NCBI GenBank assembly: GCA_965208575.1
Contig: CBDBOV010000004.1
Span: 1,088,001 to 1,152,000 of the forward strand
Direction of reading: 5' to 3'
Source of the DNA: Spirochaetia bacterium
Lineage (GTDB): Bacteria; Spirochaetota; Spirochaetia; SZUA-6; Bin103
Length of the DNA stretch: 64,000 nucleotides
Positions 1 to 9,658 of the stretch are shown here, one piece after another (position 1 is the stretch's first letter; the number at the start of each line of letters is the position of its first letter). The notes under the pieces were generated by a model that was not told where the DNA came from, searched no databases, and saw nothing but the letters and a program-made list of their open reading frames with translations. The translations under genes were made by a program, and so were the position numbers.

Positions 1-172
1 CGGGAACAAGCGGCCAGTCGGTAGCATTGGGTGGTATGGAACCTCTCGCCACGTCGATGAGGAGGCACGACGGTCACTCCGTGACTCGCAAGACGATGGA
101 AACCGACGCCCAGGCATCGCCCGAGGACCGACTCCTTCCGACCAGGCTCGGTCACCCGGTGGCCGGCACACG

Positions 173-1822
173 ATGAGGGTCGGAGCGCAGCCGGGTCCCG
201 CCGGCGAGCATCCCGGGGTAAGCCTGTGTTATCCCGATGCCGCGCACCCGCCCGCCGGTGCGCGGCTGTCGCGGCAGGCGGCCGCGGACATCGGGATCGC
301 GGCGGTGCGCGGGCGGTTCGGACTGCCGGAAGAGTTCCTGTACGAGTTGTGCCAGGACGTGGACACGATCGGCTATAGGCAGAACATCCTGGCCGATCTG
401 CTGGCGTCGAAGGAACTGTGCGCCGTGTTGCGGGAGGTGCGCCCGATGCTCCGAGAGCTGGCCTACTTCCGCACCACGCGCAAGGAGCAGAGCGCGCCGC
501 TGCAACAGGCGGTGTGGCGGCTGGGCGAACTGGAGACCTACGTGTCGTGCCTGCAGCGGCTGGCGGATGCCGCCGCGCTGCCCGACCTGAAGTCGGCGGG
601 CATGCAGGCGCTGCTCGCGTTCGTGCGGCGGCGGCGCGAAGATCCCGTGTACCAGCGCCTGGTCAAGGAACTGCCCGCGCTGCGCGGCGGACTCAAGCGG
701 CGCGCCAGCGTCAGCATCGGCATCAACCTGGACGATCAGTTGCGGCCCTCCGAGGCCACGCTGCTGGCGGTGCACGACGAGAAGTTCGCCGAGCGCCCGC
801 TGCTGAGCCGCATCTTCGGCGCCGCCACCCCCTATCAGCCGGTGGCCAGCATCAAGCGGGTTGCGGCCATGGGCAGCCTGCTCGGCGACCTGGACCGGAT
901 CCTGGGAGCGGTAGCGCGCCCGCTGGCCAAGGCGCTGGGGCAGTACGTCCGCCTGCAGGTGCAGGATCTGTTGTCGCTGGAACGGGAGATTGCGTTCTAC
1001 CTGGGCGCCGCGCAACTGTTCCGCGCGCTGCAGGCGCGCGGCCTGCCGGTGTGCCGGCCGCGCCTGGGCGCCGCCGGCGAGCGGCACCTGCAGGTCAGCG
1101 GGCTGTACAACGTCAACCTTGCCCTCGGCGCCGGCGAGGAGTCCGCACGCGCCATCGTCGGCAACGACCTGGACATGGCGGCCGACGGGCGCATCCTGGT
1201 GCTCACCGGGCCCAACCAGGGCGGCAAGACCACCTTTACGCGCGCCGTCGGTCTGCTGCAGGTGCTGGCCCAGGCCGGCCTGTACGCACCGGCCGCCTCC
1301 GCCACGGTCAGCCCCGCTGACGTGGTCGACACCCACTTCCCGGTGGACGAACCTGGCCACGCCGAGGGCGGGCGGCTGGCCGAAGAGGCGCGCCGCCTGG
1401 CGTCCATCTTTGCCGCCACCAGCGAGCGCAGCCTGATCCTGATGAACGAATCGCTGGCCAGCACCAGCCCGAGCGAGAGCCTGTACCTGGCCGAGGACGT
1501 GGTGCGCGGCCTGCGGCTGCTCGGTGCGCGCGCGGTGTTCGCCACCCACCTGCACGAGCTCGGCGAGCGCGTCGACGCGATCAACGGCGAAGTGAACGGC
1601 GCCAGCCGGCTGGTCAGCATGGTAGCCGGCATCGAAACGGGCGGGGCCGCCAATCGCGAAAACGGCACCAACGGCGAGGTGCGGCGCACCTACCGGATTC
1701 GTCCCGGCCCGCCGGTCGGCCTCAGCTACGCGCGCGACATAGCCCGCCGCTACGGCATCAGCTTCGACGACATCCGCGCCCAGCTCGCCGGCAAGCAGGC
1801 TGCCGCGCCACCGGCGAACTGA
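173..1822 (+). CDS. MutS-family (domain V only) ATPase
   Basis: Walker A GPNQGGKTT, MNESLASTS (Walker B variant), FATHLHEL and GLSYA motifs; no N-terminal mismatch-binding domain seen; start uncertain. Confidence 0.85.
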   Translation: MRVGAQPGPAGEHPGVSLCYPDAAHPPAGARLSRQAAADIGIAAVRGRFGLPEEFLYELCQDVDTIGYRQNILADLLASKELCAVLREVRPMLRELAYFRTTRKEQSAPLQQAVWRLGELETYVSCLQRLADAAALPDLKSAGMQALLAFVRRRREDPVYQRLVKELPALRGGLKRRASVSIGINLDDQLRPSEATLLAVHDEKFAERPLLSRIFGAATPYQPVASIKRVAAMGSLLGDLDRILGAVARPLAKALGQYVRLQVQDLLSLEREIAFYLGAAQLFRALQARGLPVCRPRLGAAGERHLQVSGLYNVNLALGAGEESARAIVGNDLDMAADGRILVLTGPNQGGKTTFTRAVGLLQVLAQAGLYAPAASATVSPADVVDTHFPVDEPGHAEGGRLAEEARRLASIFAATSERSLILMNESLASTSPSESLYLAEDVVRGLRLLGARAVFATHLHELGERVDAINGEVNGASRLVSMVAGIETGGAANRENGTNGEVRRTYRIRPGPPVGLSYARDIARRYGISFDDIRAQLAGKQAAAPPAN

Positions 1823-1852
1823 GCAGGCCCGTAACTTCCCAAACGCCGTTCC

Positions 1853-2992
1853 CTACGCCGCTGCCGCCGAACGGTCGAAGGTGTCGATAAGCCGCTCGGT
1901 GGAGGCGTCGTACAGGTTGCCGCGGCGCACCCGCAGGTGCACCCGCTGGCCGGTCCGCCACGGCGACACTGCCGCTCCAACGCGGGCAACCAGTTCCTCG
2001 CGCCGGCCCGCGAAGCGCAGGTGAATGAGCGTCGCCGCGCCCTGCGGCAGCACCGCGAACACCTCGAACGACGGGCCCACCGCCTCTTGCTGCCCGGACG
2101 GCACCAGCTCCAGGTCCTCGACGCGCACGTTCATCACCACTCGCTGGCCGTCGAACGCACCGCTCAAGCCGGGCAGCCGGAACGGGCGATCCGGCGCCGC
2201 GGCCGCGGACAGCAGCACGCCTCCGTCGGCCCGCGTGACCGTGGCGGGAACCAGGTTGGATTGCGGCAGGCCGGTCATCTCCGCCACCTGCAGCGTCTCC
2301 GGACGGTGGTACAGGTCGTCGGCGCGACCGATCTGGTGGACCACGCCGTGGAACATGATCGCGATGCGGTCGGCCATCGAGAATGCCTCCGACACGTCGT
2401 GGGTCACGTACAGGGAGGTGGCGCCGATGCGGCGCTGCAGCCGCTTCAGGTCGGTGCGCAGCGCCACCCGCAGCTTGGCGTCCACGTTGGAAAGCGGTTC
2501 ATCGAACAGCAGCACCTCGGGCTGCCCGACCAACATGCGCGCCAGCGCAACCCGCTGCTGCTGGCCGCCGGAGAGCTGGCGCGGGTAGCGTTCCTCCAGC
2601 CCGGTCAGGTCGACCAGCGCCAGCGCCTGCTCCACCGCCAGGGCAATCCGTTCGCGCGGCAGGCGCTGCGTCTTGAGCGGGAACGCCACGTTCTGCATGG
2701 CGGTCATGTGCGGGTAGAGGGCGTAGTTCTGGAACACCATCCCCACCCCCCGGCGCGCCGGTGGCACGTCCACCGCCAGTGCCGCCGAGAACATGCAGTG
2801 GTCGCCGAACGTGATCTCGCCGTCCGTGGGCCGTTCCAGTCCTGCGATGGCGCGCAGCGTGGAGGTCTTGCCGCTGCCGGAAGCGCCGAGCAGCACCATG
2901 AACTCGCCCTCTTCCACGTGCAGGGCCAGGTTGTTCACCGCCAGCACCTGGTCGTAGCGAATCGTCAGGTCGCGCACCGTTATGCTCGGCAT
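1853..2992 (-). CDS. Sugar ABC transporter ATP-binding protein (MalK-like)
   Basis: GASGSGKTS, VFQNYALYPHM, LSGGQQQR, FDEPLSN; start chosen at MPSITVRDL. Confidence 0.93.
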   Translation of the reverse strand: MPSITVRDLTIRYDQVLAVNNLALHVEEGEFMVLLGASGSGKTSTLRAIAGLERPTDGEITFGDHCMFSAALAVDVPPARRGVGMVFQNYALYPHMTAMQNVAFPLKTQRLPRERIALAVEQALALVDLTGLEERYPRQLSGGQQQRVALARMLVGQPEVLLFDEPLSNVDAKLRVALRTDLKRLQRRIGATSLYVTHDVSEAFSMADRIAIMFHGVVHQIGRADDLYHRPETLQVAEMTGLPQSNLVPATVTRADGGVLLSAAAAPDRPFRLPGLSGAFDGQRVVMNVRVEDLELVPSGQQEAVGPSFEVFAVLPQGAATLIHLRFAGRREELVARVGAAVSPWRTGQRVHLRVRRGNLYDASTERLIDTFDRSAAAA

Positions 2993-3011
2993 CGCTCTCC
3001 CGCGGCGCGGC

Positions 3012-3479
3012 TCACCAACAGCCCAGCAGCCGGCGCAGCAGCACGATCTGGCCGACGTGGTAGGAGTTGTGATCCGCCACCACCAGCGCCTCGCGCAGCA
3101 GCGTGTGCCCGGTTCCGTGGGCAAACGGCGTGAACAGGTCAGACTTCGGGTCGGACACCAACTCCACCATCTCCGCGCGGTCGGCCAGGAACCGGTCGAT
3201 GCTGGTCTGCCAAGCGCCGCCGGGCGGGTCGGCGGTGGCCGGCCAGTAGCCGTCCGGAAACTCGGGCGACACGTGGGAGGGGTCGCGGCTGAACTCCAGG
3301 ATGTCCCACTGCGCGATACGCAGGTGCTCCAGTTGCTGCCAAAGGGAGGCCTCCGCCCCGGCCGGGATAACACCGCGCATGTCCTCGGGAACGTCCGCCA
3401 CCGCCCGCTCGAACGGCACGTGCGCCCCACGCCCATGCAGCAGGCTGGCCAGATGCTCTCTTGTCGCCGAGTCGCTCAT
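3012..3479 (-). CDS. DinB-family protein
   Basis: SLWQQLEHLRIAQWDI and ADHNSYHVGQI His motifs; start MSDSATREH. Confidence 0.85.
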   Translation of the reverse strand: MSDSATREHLASLLHGRGAHVPFERAVADVPEDMRGVIPAGAEASLWQQLEHLRIAQWDILEFSRDPSHVSPEFPDGYWPATADPPGGAWQTSIDRFLADRAEMVELVSDPKSDLFTPFAHGTGHTLLREALVVADHNSYHVGQIVLLRRLLGCW

Positions 3480-3604
3480 CGCACATAACATACTACAACC
3501 GGTGCCGATCCGCGGCGGACGGCGTCGGTGATTCTGCGTTGACAAGGGTGTTCCAGCAGGCTGGAGAACGTCGCGGGATGGTAAGAACGTCGCGGGGATG
3601 GTAG

Positions 3605-3675
3605 CTGCCCGACAGGGATTCGAACCCCGACGAACAGATCCAGAGTCTGTCGTGCTACCGTTACACCATCGGGCA
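3605..3675 (-). tRNA. tRNA-Gln (anticodon CTG); CCA not encoded
   Basis: Minus strand: TGCCCGA acceptor stem, GGTGTAACGGTAGCAC D-arm, ACAGA-CTCTGGA-TCTGT anticodon arm, GGTTCGAATCC T-arm. Confidence 0.96.
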
Positions 3676-3779
3676 GTGAACAGGGAGCAATATAGCACAT
3701 CCGCCACCGCCGCGTCAGCACAGCCGGACAGCCGGACAGCCGGATGACGCTACCGTCGCCGGCTCGGTACGCTGGCGGC

Positions 3780-4712
3780 ATGCCGGCCGGAACCCATGAC
3801 GCCTTGCCCGATCCGCGCAACGAGACGGTCCTGATCTACGTCAACGGCGAACTGGTGCCGCGCTCCGAGGCGAAGGTTTCGGTGTTCGACTCGGGGTTCC
3901 TGGTCGGTGACGGCGTGTGGGAGGGGATCCGCCTGCACCGCGGCGTCCTGGTGCACCTCGACGAGCACCTCGACCGGCTGTTCCAGGGCGCCAAGGCGAT
4001 CGCCCTCGACATTGGCCTGACCCGCACCGAGCTGACGGCGGCGCTGCGGGCGACGGTCGAAGCCAACCGGATGACCGACGGCGTGCACGTACGCCTGATG
4101 ATCACCCGCGGGATCAAGCGCACGCCCGCCCAGGACCCGCGCCTCACCGTGAGCACGCCCACGGTGGTGATCATCGCCGAGCACAAGCGCGCCGCCCCGC
4201 GCACCGCCGCGGCGGGCATCCGGTTGTTTACCTCCAGCGTGCGCCGCGGCTCCCCCGACTACCTCGATCCGCGCCTCAACTGCCACAGCAAGCTGCACGA
4301 GGTCATCGCTCTGATCCAGGCGCTCGAAGCCGGCTGCGACGAGGCACTGATGCTCGACATCCACGGCTTCGTGAGCACCTGCAACTCGACCAATTTCTTC
4401 CTGGTCAAACGGGGAGCGGTGTGGACCTCCACTGGCCAGTACTGCTTGAACGGCATCACGCGCTGCAAGGTGCTGGCAATCTGCCGTGCCGCGGGCGTCC
4501 CCGCGCTCGAGAAGAACTTCTCGCTTACCGACGTGTACGACGCCGACGAGGCGTTCGTCACGGGAACCTTTGGCGGGCTCACCCCCGTGGCGGCGGTCGA
4601 CGGCCGCCGCATCGGCGACGGGTCGGGCTCCGGCGCCATGACCGGGCGCCTGCGGGAACTCTACCTGGCGGACATCGAGGCCAGCGTGGCGGCTGCTCAG
4701 GACAGCAGGTAG
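3780..4712 (+). CDS. Aminotransferase class IV (branched-chain amino acid aminotransferase-like)
   Basis: VSVFDSGFLVGDGVWEGIR, LNGITR and ADEAFVTGT motifs. Confidence 0.9.
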   Translation: MPAGTHDALPDPRNETVLIYVNGELVPRSEAKVSVFDSGFLVGDGVWEGIRLHRGVLVHLDEHLDRLFQGAKAIALDIGLTRTELTAALRATVEANRMTDGVHVRLMITRGIKRTPAQDPRLTVSTPTVVIIAEHKRAAPRTAAAGIRLFTSSVRRGSPDYLDPRLNCHSKLHEVIALIQALEAGCDEALMLDIHGFVSTCNSTNFFLVKRGAVWTSTGQYCLNGITRCKVLAICRAAGVPALEKNFSLTDVYDADEAFVTGTFGGLTPVAAVDGRRIGDGSGSGAMTGRLRELYLADIEASVAAAQDSR

Positions 4713-5407
4713 GTGGCGGCCGACCGCGGCCCCACCATGACGTTGAACTTCTCGGCGTACTCGACGCCGCACTCGCGGCCCACCGCGGCGCGCCGCTTGC
4801 GCAGGTTCTCGGCCGCGTTCTCCCAGTGGTAGACGGAGGCGTACAGCTCCATCACCTCCTGGATCTTGTCCATGTGCGGGGTAATGTCGACGTAGTACGG
4901 CGGGAACGGGCTCGCGTCGTCGAAATAGGTGAAGAACGCGAGCTGCTCGGGCCGGTGCGCCGGCAGCGGGGCGACCATGCGCGGCAGCCGGGCGTAGGTC
5001 ACCGCATCCTGCATGAGCTGGCCGAGGTTGCGGTGGTCGGGGTGGCCGCGCAGGAAATTCCAGGTCACGATGGCGTCTGGGCGCACGTCTGCCACCAGCC
5101 TGCCCAGCTCCAGCCCCTCCTCGTGGGAGCGCCCGATGTGAGCGTCCGGGAACGCGAGTTGCCGTATCTCGCAACCGATGATGCGCGCCACCTCGTCGGT
5201 GTGGCGCTTGCGCTCGACCACGATCTCTTCCATCGGCTTGTCGCCGAACAGCGAGGTCATTTCGCCGCGCGTGGCCCAGGCGAGCACCACCCGGTCGCCG
5301 CGCGCCAAGTGGTTGAGGATGGTCCCGAGCACGCTCATCTCGTCGTCGGCGTGGGGAAAGCAGGCAAGAATCGTCTGGGGAGTGCGTTGCGTATCGGACA
5401 CGCGCAC
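4697..5407 (-). CDS. PIG-L/LmbE-family deacetylase
   Basis: FPHADDE and HPDH metal-binding motifs. Confidence 0.9.
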   Translation of the reverse strand: MRVSDTQRTPQTILACFPHADDEMSVLGTILNHLARGDRVVLAWATRGEMTSLFGDKPMEEIVVERKRHTDEVARIIGCEIRQLAFPDAHIGRSHEEGLELGRLVADVRPDAIVTWNFLRGHPDHRNLGQLMQDAVTYARLPRMVAPLPAHRPEQLAFFTYFDDASPFPPYYVDITPHMDKIQEVMELYASVYHWENAAENLRKRRAAVGRECGVEYAEKFNVMVGPRSAATYLLS

Positions 5408-5505
5408 AGCTTACCGGGAGCGCTGGCGCGCAGCTACCACCCCGTGCGCGGCGGCCGCGTCGCGGGCCGGTGGTGTGCTGCCAGGTCAGGTCCGGGACTG
5501 GTAGG

Positions 5506-6522
5506 ATGGCGGCGATGATTCGGTTTGCCCTCTTCGGCGCGGGGCGCATCGGCACGATGCATGCCCGGCACTTGGCGGCGTGTCCCGATGCGCGCCTGGT
5601 GTGCGTGTACGACCCGGTTCCGGGTGTGGCGCGCGCGGTGGCCGAGCAGCACGGTGCCGGCGTGGCGGACACCGTGCAGGCGGCGCTGGCCGCGGGCGTG
5701 GACGCCGTTCTGATTGCCTCCTCCACCGACACCCACGTCGACCTGATCGTGGCCGCCGCGCAGGCCGGCAAGGCGGTGTTCTGCGAGAAGCCGATCGACC
5801 TCATCCTGCGGCGGGTGGAGGAGTGCTGGCGGCAGGTGCGCGACTGCGGCGTGCCGATCCAGATCGGCTTCAACCGCCGCTACGACGCTTCCCACCGCGG
5901 CGTGCGCGACCGCGTGGCCGCCGGCGAGATCGGCGCCCTGCACCAGGTGCTCATCACCAGCCGCGACCCTGAGCCGCCTCCGATGTCCTACGTCCGCGTA
6001 TCGGGCGGCCTGTTCCGGGACATGATGATCCACGACTTCGACCTGGCGCGCTTCGTGCTCGGCGAGGAACCGGTCACCATCACCGCGGCCGGCAGCGTGA
6101 TGATCACGCCGGAACTCGCCCAACTCGGCGACATCGACACCGCGATGGTGCAGATGACCACCGCCTCCGGCGTGCAGTGCCACATCAACTGTTCACGGCA
6201 GGCGGCGTATGGCTACGACCAGCGCCTCGAGGCGCACGGCAGCGCCGGCATGGTGTGCTCGGCCAACCACCTCCAGGACCAGGTACGCCGCTTCTCGGCC
6301 ACCAGCGCCGGAGCCCCTGCGCCACTGCGGCACTTCTTCATCGACCGATACGCCCCCGCCTACCAGGCCCAGCTCGCCGACTTCATCGACGCCGTCGCGA
6401 GCGCGCGCCAGCCCTCCGTCACCTTCGAGGACGGCCGCCGCGCCCTCATCCTCGCCGAGGCCGCGGGCCAATCCCTCGCCACCGGCACCACCATCCCCGT
6501 CCCACCCGAGGCAAACGAGTGA
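5506..6522 (+). CDS. iolG: Inositol 2-dehydrogenase (Gfo/Idh/MocA)
   Basis: GAGRIG, FCEKP, GFNRRYD, SGGLFRDMMIHDFD, YGYDQRLE. Confidence 0.88.
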   Translation: MAAMIRFALFGAGRIGTMHARHLAACPDARLVCVYDPVPGVARAVAEQHGAGVADTVQAALAAGVDAVLIASSTDTHVDLIVAAAQAGKAVFCEKPIDLILRRVEECWRQVRDCGVPIQIGFNRRYDASHRGVRDRVAAGEIGALHQVLITSRDPEPPPMSYVRVSGGLFRDMMIHDFDLARFVLGEEPVTITAAGSVMITPELAQLGDIDTAMVQMTTASGVQCHINCSRQAAYGYDQRLEAHGSAGMVCSANHLQDQVRRFSATSAGAPAPLRHFFIDRYAPAYQAQLADFIDAVASARQPSVTFEDGRRALILAEAAGQSLATGTTIPVPPEANE

Positions 6523-6669
6523 CGGCCCTGCTGGCTGGTTGACGCCCGTAACGTTATAGGGGTATCTGTGATGTCATAGCGTATGTTGTGTCGGATGACG
6601 CGGTCTGAAGGCACGTCATCGCAGATTCGACGCCTCTTCCTGTCGTAAGTGAGTGTGAGGTAAAGTAAT

Positions 6670-6969
6670 ATGAGCGCTCAGATTACACCGGGTGAGATCC
6701 TCATGGAGGAATACCTCAAACCGATGGGGATCTCTCAGAACGCGATGGGCCGCGCGATCGGGGTGGCTCCTCGTGCGATCAATGAAATCGTGCATGGCCG
6801 GCGCTCGATTACCCCGGCCATGTCCATTCGCTTCGGCGCCTTCTTCGGCCAGTCGGATCAGTTCTGGCACGGGATTCAGGTGGAATGCGACTTTCGCAAG
6901 CTGGCCGGAGACAGGCGGCGGCTCATCGACCGCGTCCAACCTGCTTCCACGGTGCGCAAGGCATCCTGA
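6670..6969 (+). CDS. HigA-family antitoxin (XRE HTH), no adjacent toxin
   Basis: [18 protein letters not shown]...[15 protein letters not shown]...FW is the HigA pattern. Confidence 0.88.
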   Translation: MSAQITPGEILMEEYLKPMGISQNAMGRAIGVAPRAINEIVHGRRSITPAMSIRFGAFFGQSDQFWHGIQVECDFRKLAGDRRRLIDRVQPASTVRKAS

Positions 6970-7053
6970 CCGGGGGTGACCGGGGGTGACCGGATGCACC
7001 CCTGGAGCCGACGCGGGCATGTGGAGTACACTGGCACTCGTGAGTAGGACTCG

Positions 7054-8394
7054 GTGAAGGGTACTTTCCGGATCAAGGGCGGCTACCCGCTGGCCGGCGA
7101 GGTAACCCCCATCCCCAACAAGAACGCGCTGATGGGCGCGCTGCCGGCCGCGGCGCTGGCGGGCGGCGGCATCACCTTCATGGCACTCCCCGATACGCTC
7201 GACGTGCACACCTACCTGGAGATTCTTGCCCGGCTCGGCGGCGGCGTGACGCCCGCTGGCGACCGCGCCATCCACGTCGATCCATCCGGCATCCGAGCGC
7301 AGGCGATCGATCCTGCCATGGGACGCCGGCTGCGCGGCGCGTTCGCCCTGACCGGGCCGCTGCTGGCACGCCTGGGCTGCGTGGAGATGCCGCTGCCGGG
7401 TGGCTGCGAGCTGGGCTACCGCGCCGTGACCGCGCACCTGGACGGTTTCCGCAAGCTGGGCGTGAGCGTGGAGCAGCGCGACGGCTCGGTGCTGCTGACC
7501 GCGCCGCGACGCCACGAGCCCCACTACGACATCTGGCTGGTCGAAGCGAGCGTCTCGGCCACCCTGGCCCTCGCCCTGTACACCGCAGGGAACGGCTTCT
7601 CGGTCACCATCCGGGACCCGGCCTGCGAACCGCACGTGGTGGAAGTGCTGCGCCTGCTGCGCCGCATGGGCGTAGGCGTGGACGGAGAGGGCACCAACCG
7701 GCTCACCGTCCACGGCCCGGGCCGGCCGCTTGCCGCCGCCGAGTTCGAGGCCGGTCCCGACTACGTGGACATCGCCGGCAGCATCACCGCGGCCGCGGTG
7801 ACCGGCGGCGAGCTGACCATCCGCGGCGGCAACGCGCCCGACCTGATCGACGGCATGGCGCACTGGTTCCGTGCCTTCGGCATCGAGTTGGAGCCCTGCG
7901 GCAACGACCTGCTCGTTTCCGCCCCCGAGGCCCTGGGCATTCGATCCGAGTTGCTGCCGCAGGCGGGTCCGGAGCTGCCCAAGCTGGTGGTGCGCCCCTG
8001 GCCGGGCTTCCCGGTCGACGTGCTGCCGGTAATGGTGACCCTGGCGTGCAAGAGCTCCGGCGCGATGCTGTTTCAGAACTGGATGTACGAGTCGGGCTTC
8101 GACTACGTGCGCGAACTCAACTACCTCGGTGGGGAGATCCTGATATCCGACCCGCACCGCATCATGGTGCGCGACCCGGCGATCAGGTTCCGCGGCGGTG
8201 AGATTGTCGCACCCAACATCATCCAGGGCACCAAGGCGCTGTTCCTGGCCGCCCTCGCCGACCCGGTGGAGACGGTAATCCACGGCGTCGACCTGCTGCG
8301 CCGCCGCTACCCCACCATCTTCGAGACCTACCGGCGGATCGGTGCGCGCATTGATTACGACGGTCCGCCACAGGTGGCACGCGCGAACGCGTAG
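7054..8394 (+). CDS. murA: UDP-N-acetylglucosamine 1-carboxyvinyltransferase (divergent)
   Basis: KNA, LPGGCELGYR (catalytic Cys loop), EPHV, PWPGFPVD; GTG start after AGGA. Confidence 0.85.
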   Translation: MKGTFRIKGGYPLAGEVTPIPNKNALMGALPAAALAGGGITFMALPDTLDVHTYLEILARLGGGVTPAGDRAIHVDPSGIRAQAIDPAMGRRLRGAFALTGPLLARLGCVEMPLPGGCELGYRAVTAHLDGFRKLGVSVEQRDGSVLLTAPRRHEPHYDIWLVEASVSATLALALYTAGNGFSVTIRDPACEPHVVEVLRLLRRMGVGVDGEGTNRLTVHGPGRPLAAAEFEAGPDYVDIAGSITAAAVTGGELTIRGGNAPDLIDGMAHWFRAFGIELEPCGNDLLVSAPEALGIRSELLPQAGPELPKLVVRPWPGFPVDVLPVMVTLACKSSGAMLFQNWMYESGFDYVRELNYLGGEILISDPHRIMVRDPAIRFRGGEIVAPNIIQGTKALFLAALADPVETVIHGVDLLRRRYPTIFETYRRIGARIDYDGPPQVARANA

Positions 8395-8446
8395 CGCGGC
8401 GAGCGGTTCGCTTCACGTCTCACCAATGGAGGTCTCAGTTGACCGG

Positions 8447-9658
8447 ATGACGGCACCATACTCCGATCTCCAACTTGAAGCGATGCTCACCGATCTTGAG
8501 TCGGACCTTGTTGAGCGCAAGGAGTCAATGCAAGGAGACGCACCGACGAAAATCCGGCAGGCAGTGTGCGCGTTCGCCAACGACTTGCCGGACCATCGCC
8601 GGCCGGGCGTTATCTTTGTGGGCGCGGACGATGATGGAAATCCTACCGGTTTGCGGATCACGGATCGACTGTTGTTGCAGCTCGCCGATCTCAAGACCGA
8701 CGGTAACATCGTCCCGCCCCCGTCGCTCACCGTCGCACAGCGCGTTCTCAAGGACACCCCGGTCGCCGTCGTACTCGTTCAGCCGTCGGACACGCCACCC
8801 GTCCGTTACCGCGGGCAGACCTGGATACGGACCGGGCCGCGGAGAGACATCGCTACTTTGCAGGACGAACGGATTCTGAACGAGAAGCGCCGCTACCGAG
8901 ATCCGCACTTCGACGCCATTCCGATACCGACAGCGCGCATTGACGATCTCGACCTGCGCCGCTTCGATGAGGAATATCTGCCCCTCGCCGTTGACGCCGC
9001 GACCCTTGAGTTGAACGAACGTACCGTTGAACAGCGACTCGCTGCCATGAAGATGATCGGCTCCGACGAAAGCCCCATACCGACAATCGCCGGCATTCTC
9101 GTCTTGGGGAAGAACCCTCGCGAGTTCCTCCCGGGCGCATACGTACAGTTCCTTCGCGTCGCCGGAACGGACCTGAGCTACCCGGTTACCGACGAAGCCC
9201 TCTGCGACGGCCCGCTCGTGAACCTCGTCACCCGGCTCGATGACAAGCTGATAGCTCACAACCGGACCGCAGTCGACTTCACCTCTGCCGAGCGGGAGAT
9301 ACGCACGCCGACCTATCCGCTGCCGGCGTTGCAGCAGCTTGCGCGTAACGCCATCATGCATCGCACCTACGAGGGTACGAACAGCCCCGTGCACGTCTAT
9401 TGGTTCGACGACCGTATCGAGATCACCAGTCCTGGAGGACCGTACGGCGCGGTTTCGGTGGCCAACTTCGGACAGCCGGGACTGATCGACTACCGCAACC
9501 CGATCCTGGCAGAGGCGATGCGCGTACTGGGACTGGTGCAGCGCTACGGCGCAGGTATACCAAGTGCCCGACGGCACCTGCAGGAGAATGGCCAACGAGA
9601 GCCGAGTTTCGCAGTCGAGTCGAACTGGGTCAACTGCACGGTGTGGGATCGACCATGA
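8447..9658 (+). CDS. Schlafen/AlbA_2 domain plus HATPase_c_4 (RecG C-terminal-like) protein
   Basis: ESDLVERKES, VCAFAN, GVIFVGADDDG; NAIMHRTY, DRIEITSPGG, YRNPILA, YGAGI. Confidence 0.85.
   Translation: MTAPYSDLQLEAMLTDLESDLVERKESMQGDAPTKIRQAVCAFANDLPDHRRPGVIFVGADDDGNPTGLRITDRLLLQLADLKTDGNIVPPPSLTVAQRVLKDTPVAVVLVQPSDTPPVRYRGQTWIRTGPRRDIATLQDERILNEKRRYRDPHFDAIPIPTARIDDLDLRRFDEEYLPLAVDAATLELNERTVEQRLAAMKMIGSDESPIPTIAGILVLGKNPREFLPGAYVQFLRVAGTDLSYPVTDEALCDGPLVNLVTRLDDKLIAHNRTAVDFTSAEREIRTPTYPLPALQQLARNAIMHRTYEGTNSPVHVYWFDDRIEITSPGGPYGAVSVANFGQPGLIDYRNPILAEAMRVLGLVQRYGAGIPSARRHLQENGQREPSFAVESNWVNCTVWDRP

Noticed and set aside
3605-3675. tRNA-Gln as an island integration site
   Set aside because: No integrase nearby and no duplicated tRNA 3' end seen
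3721-3744. CAGCCGGA x3 (and GACCGGGGGT repeats near 6968-6993)
   Set aside because: Short intergenic microsatellites with no evident function
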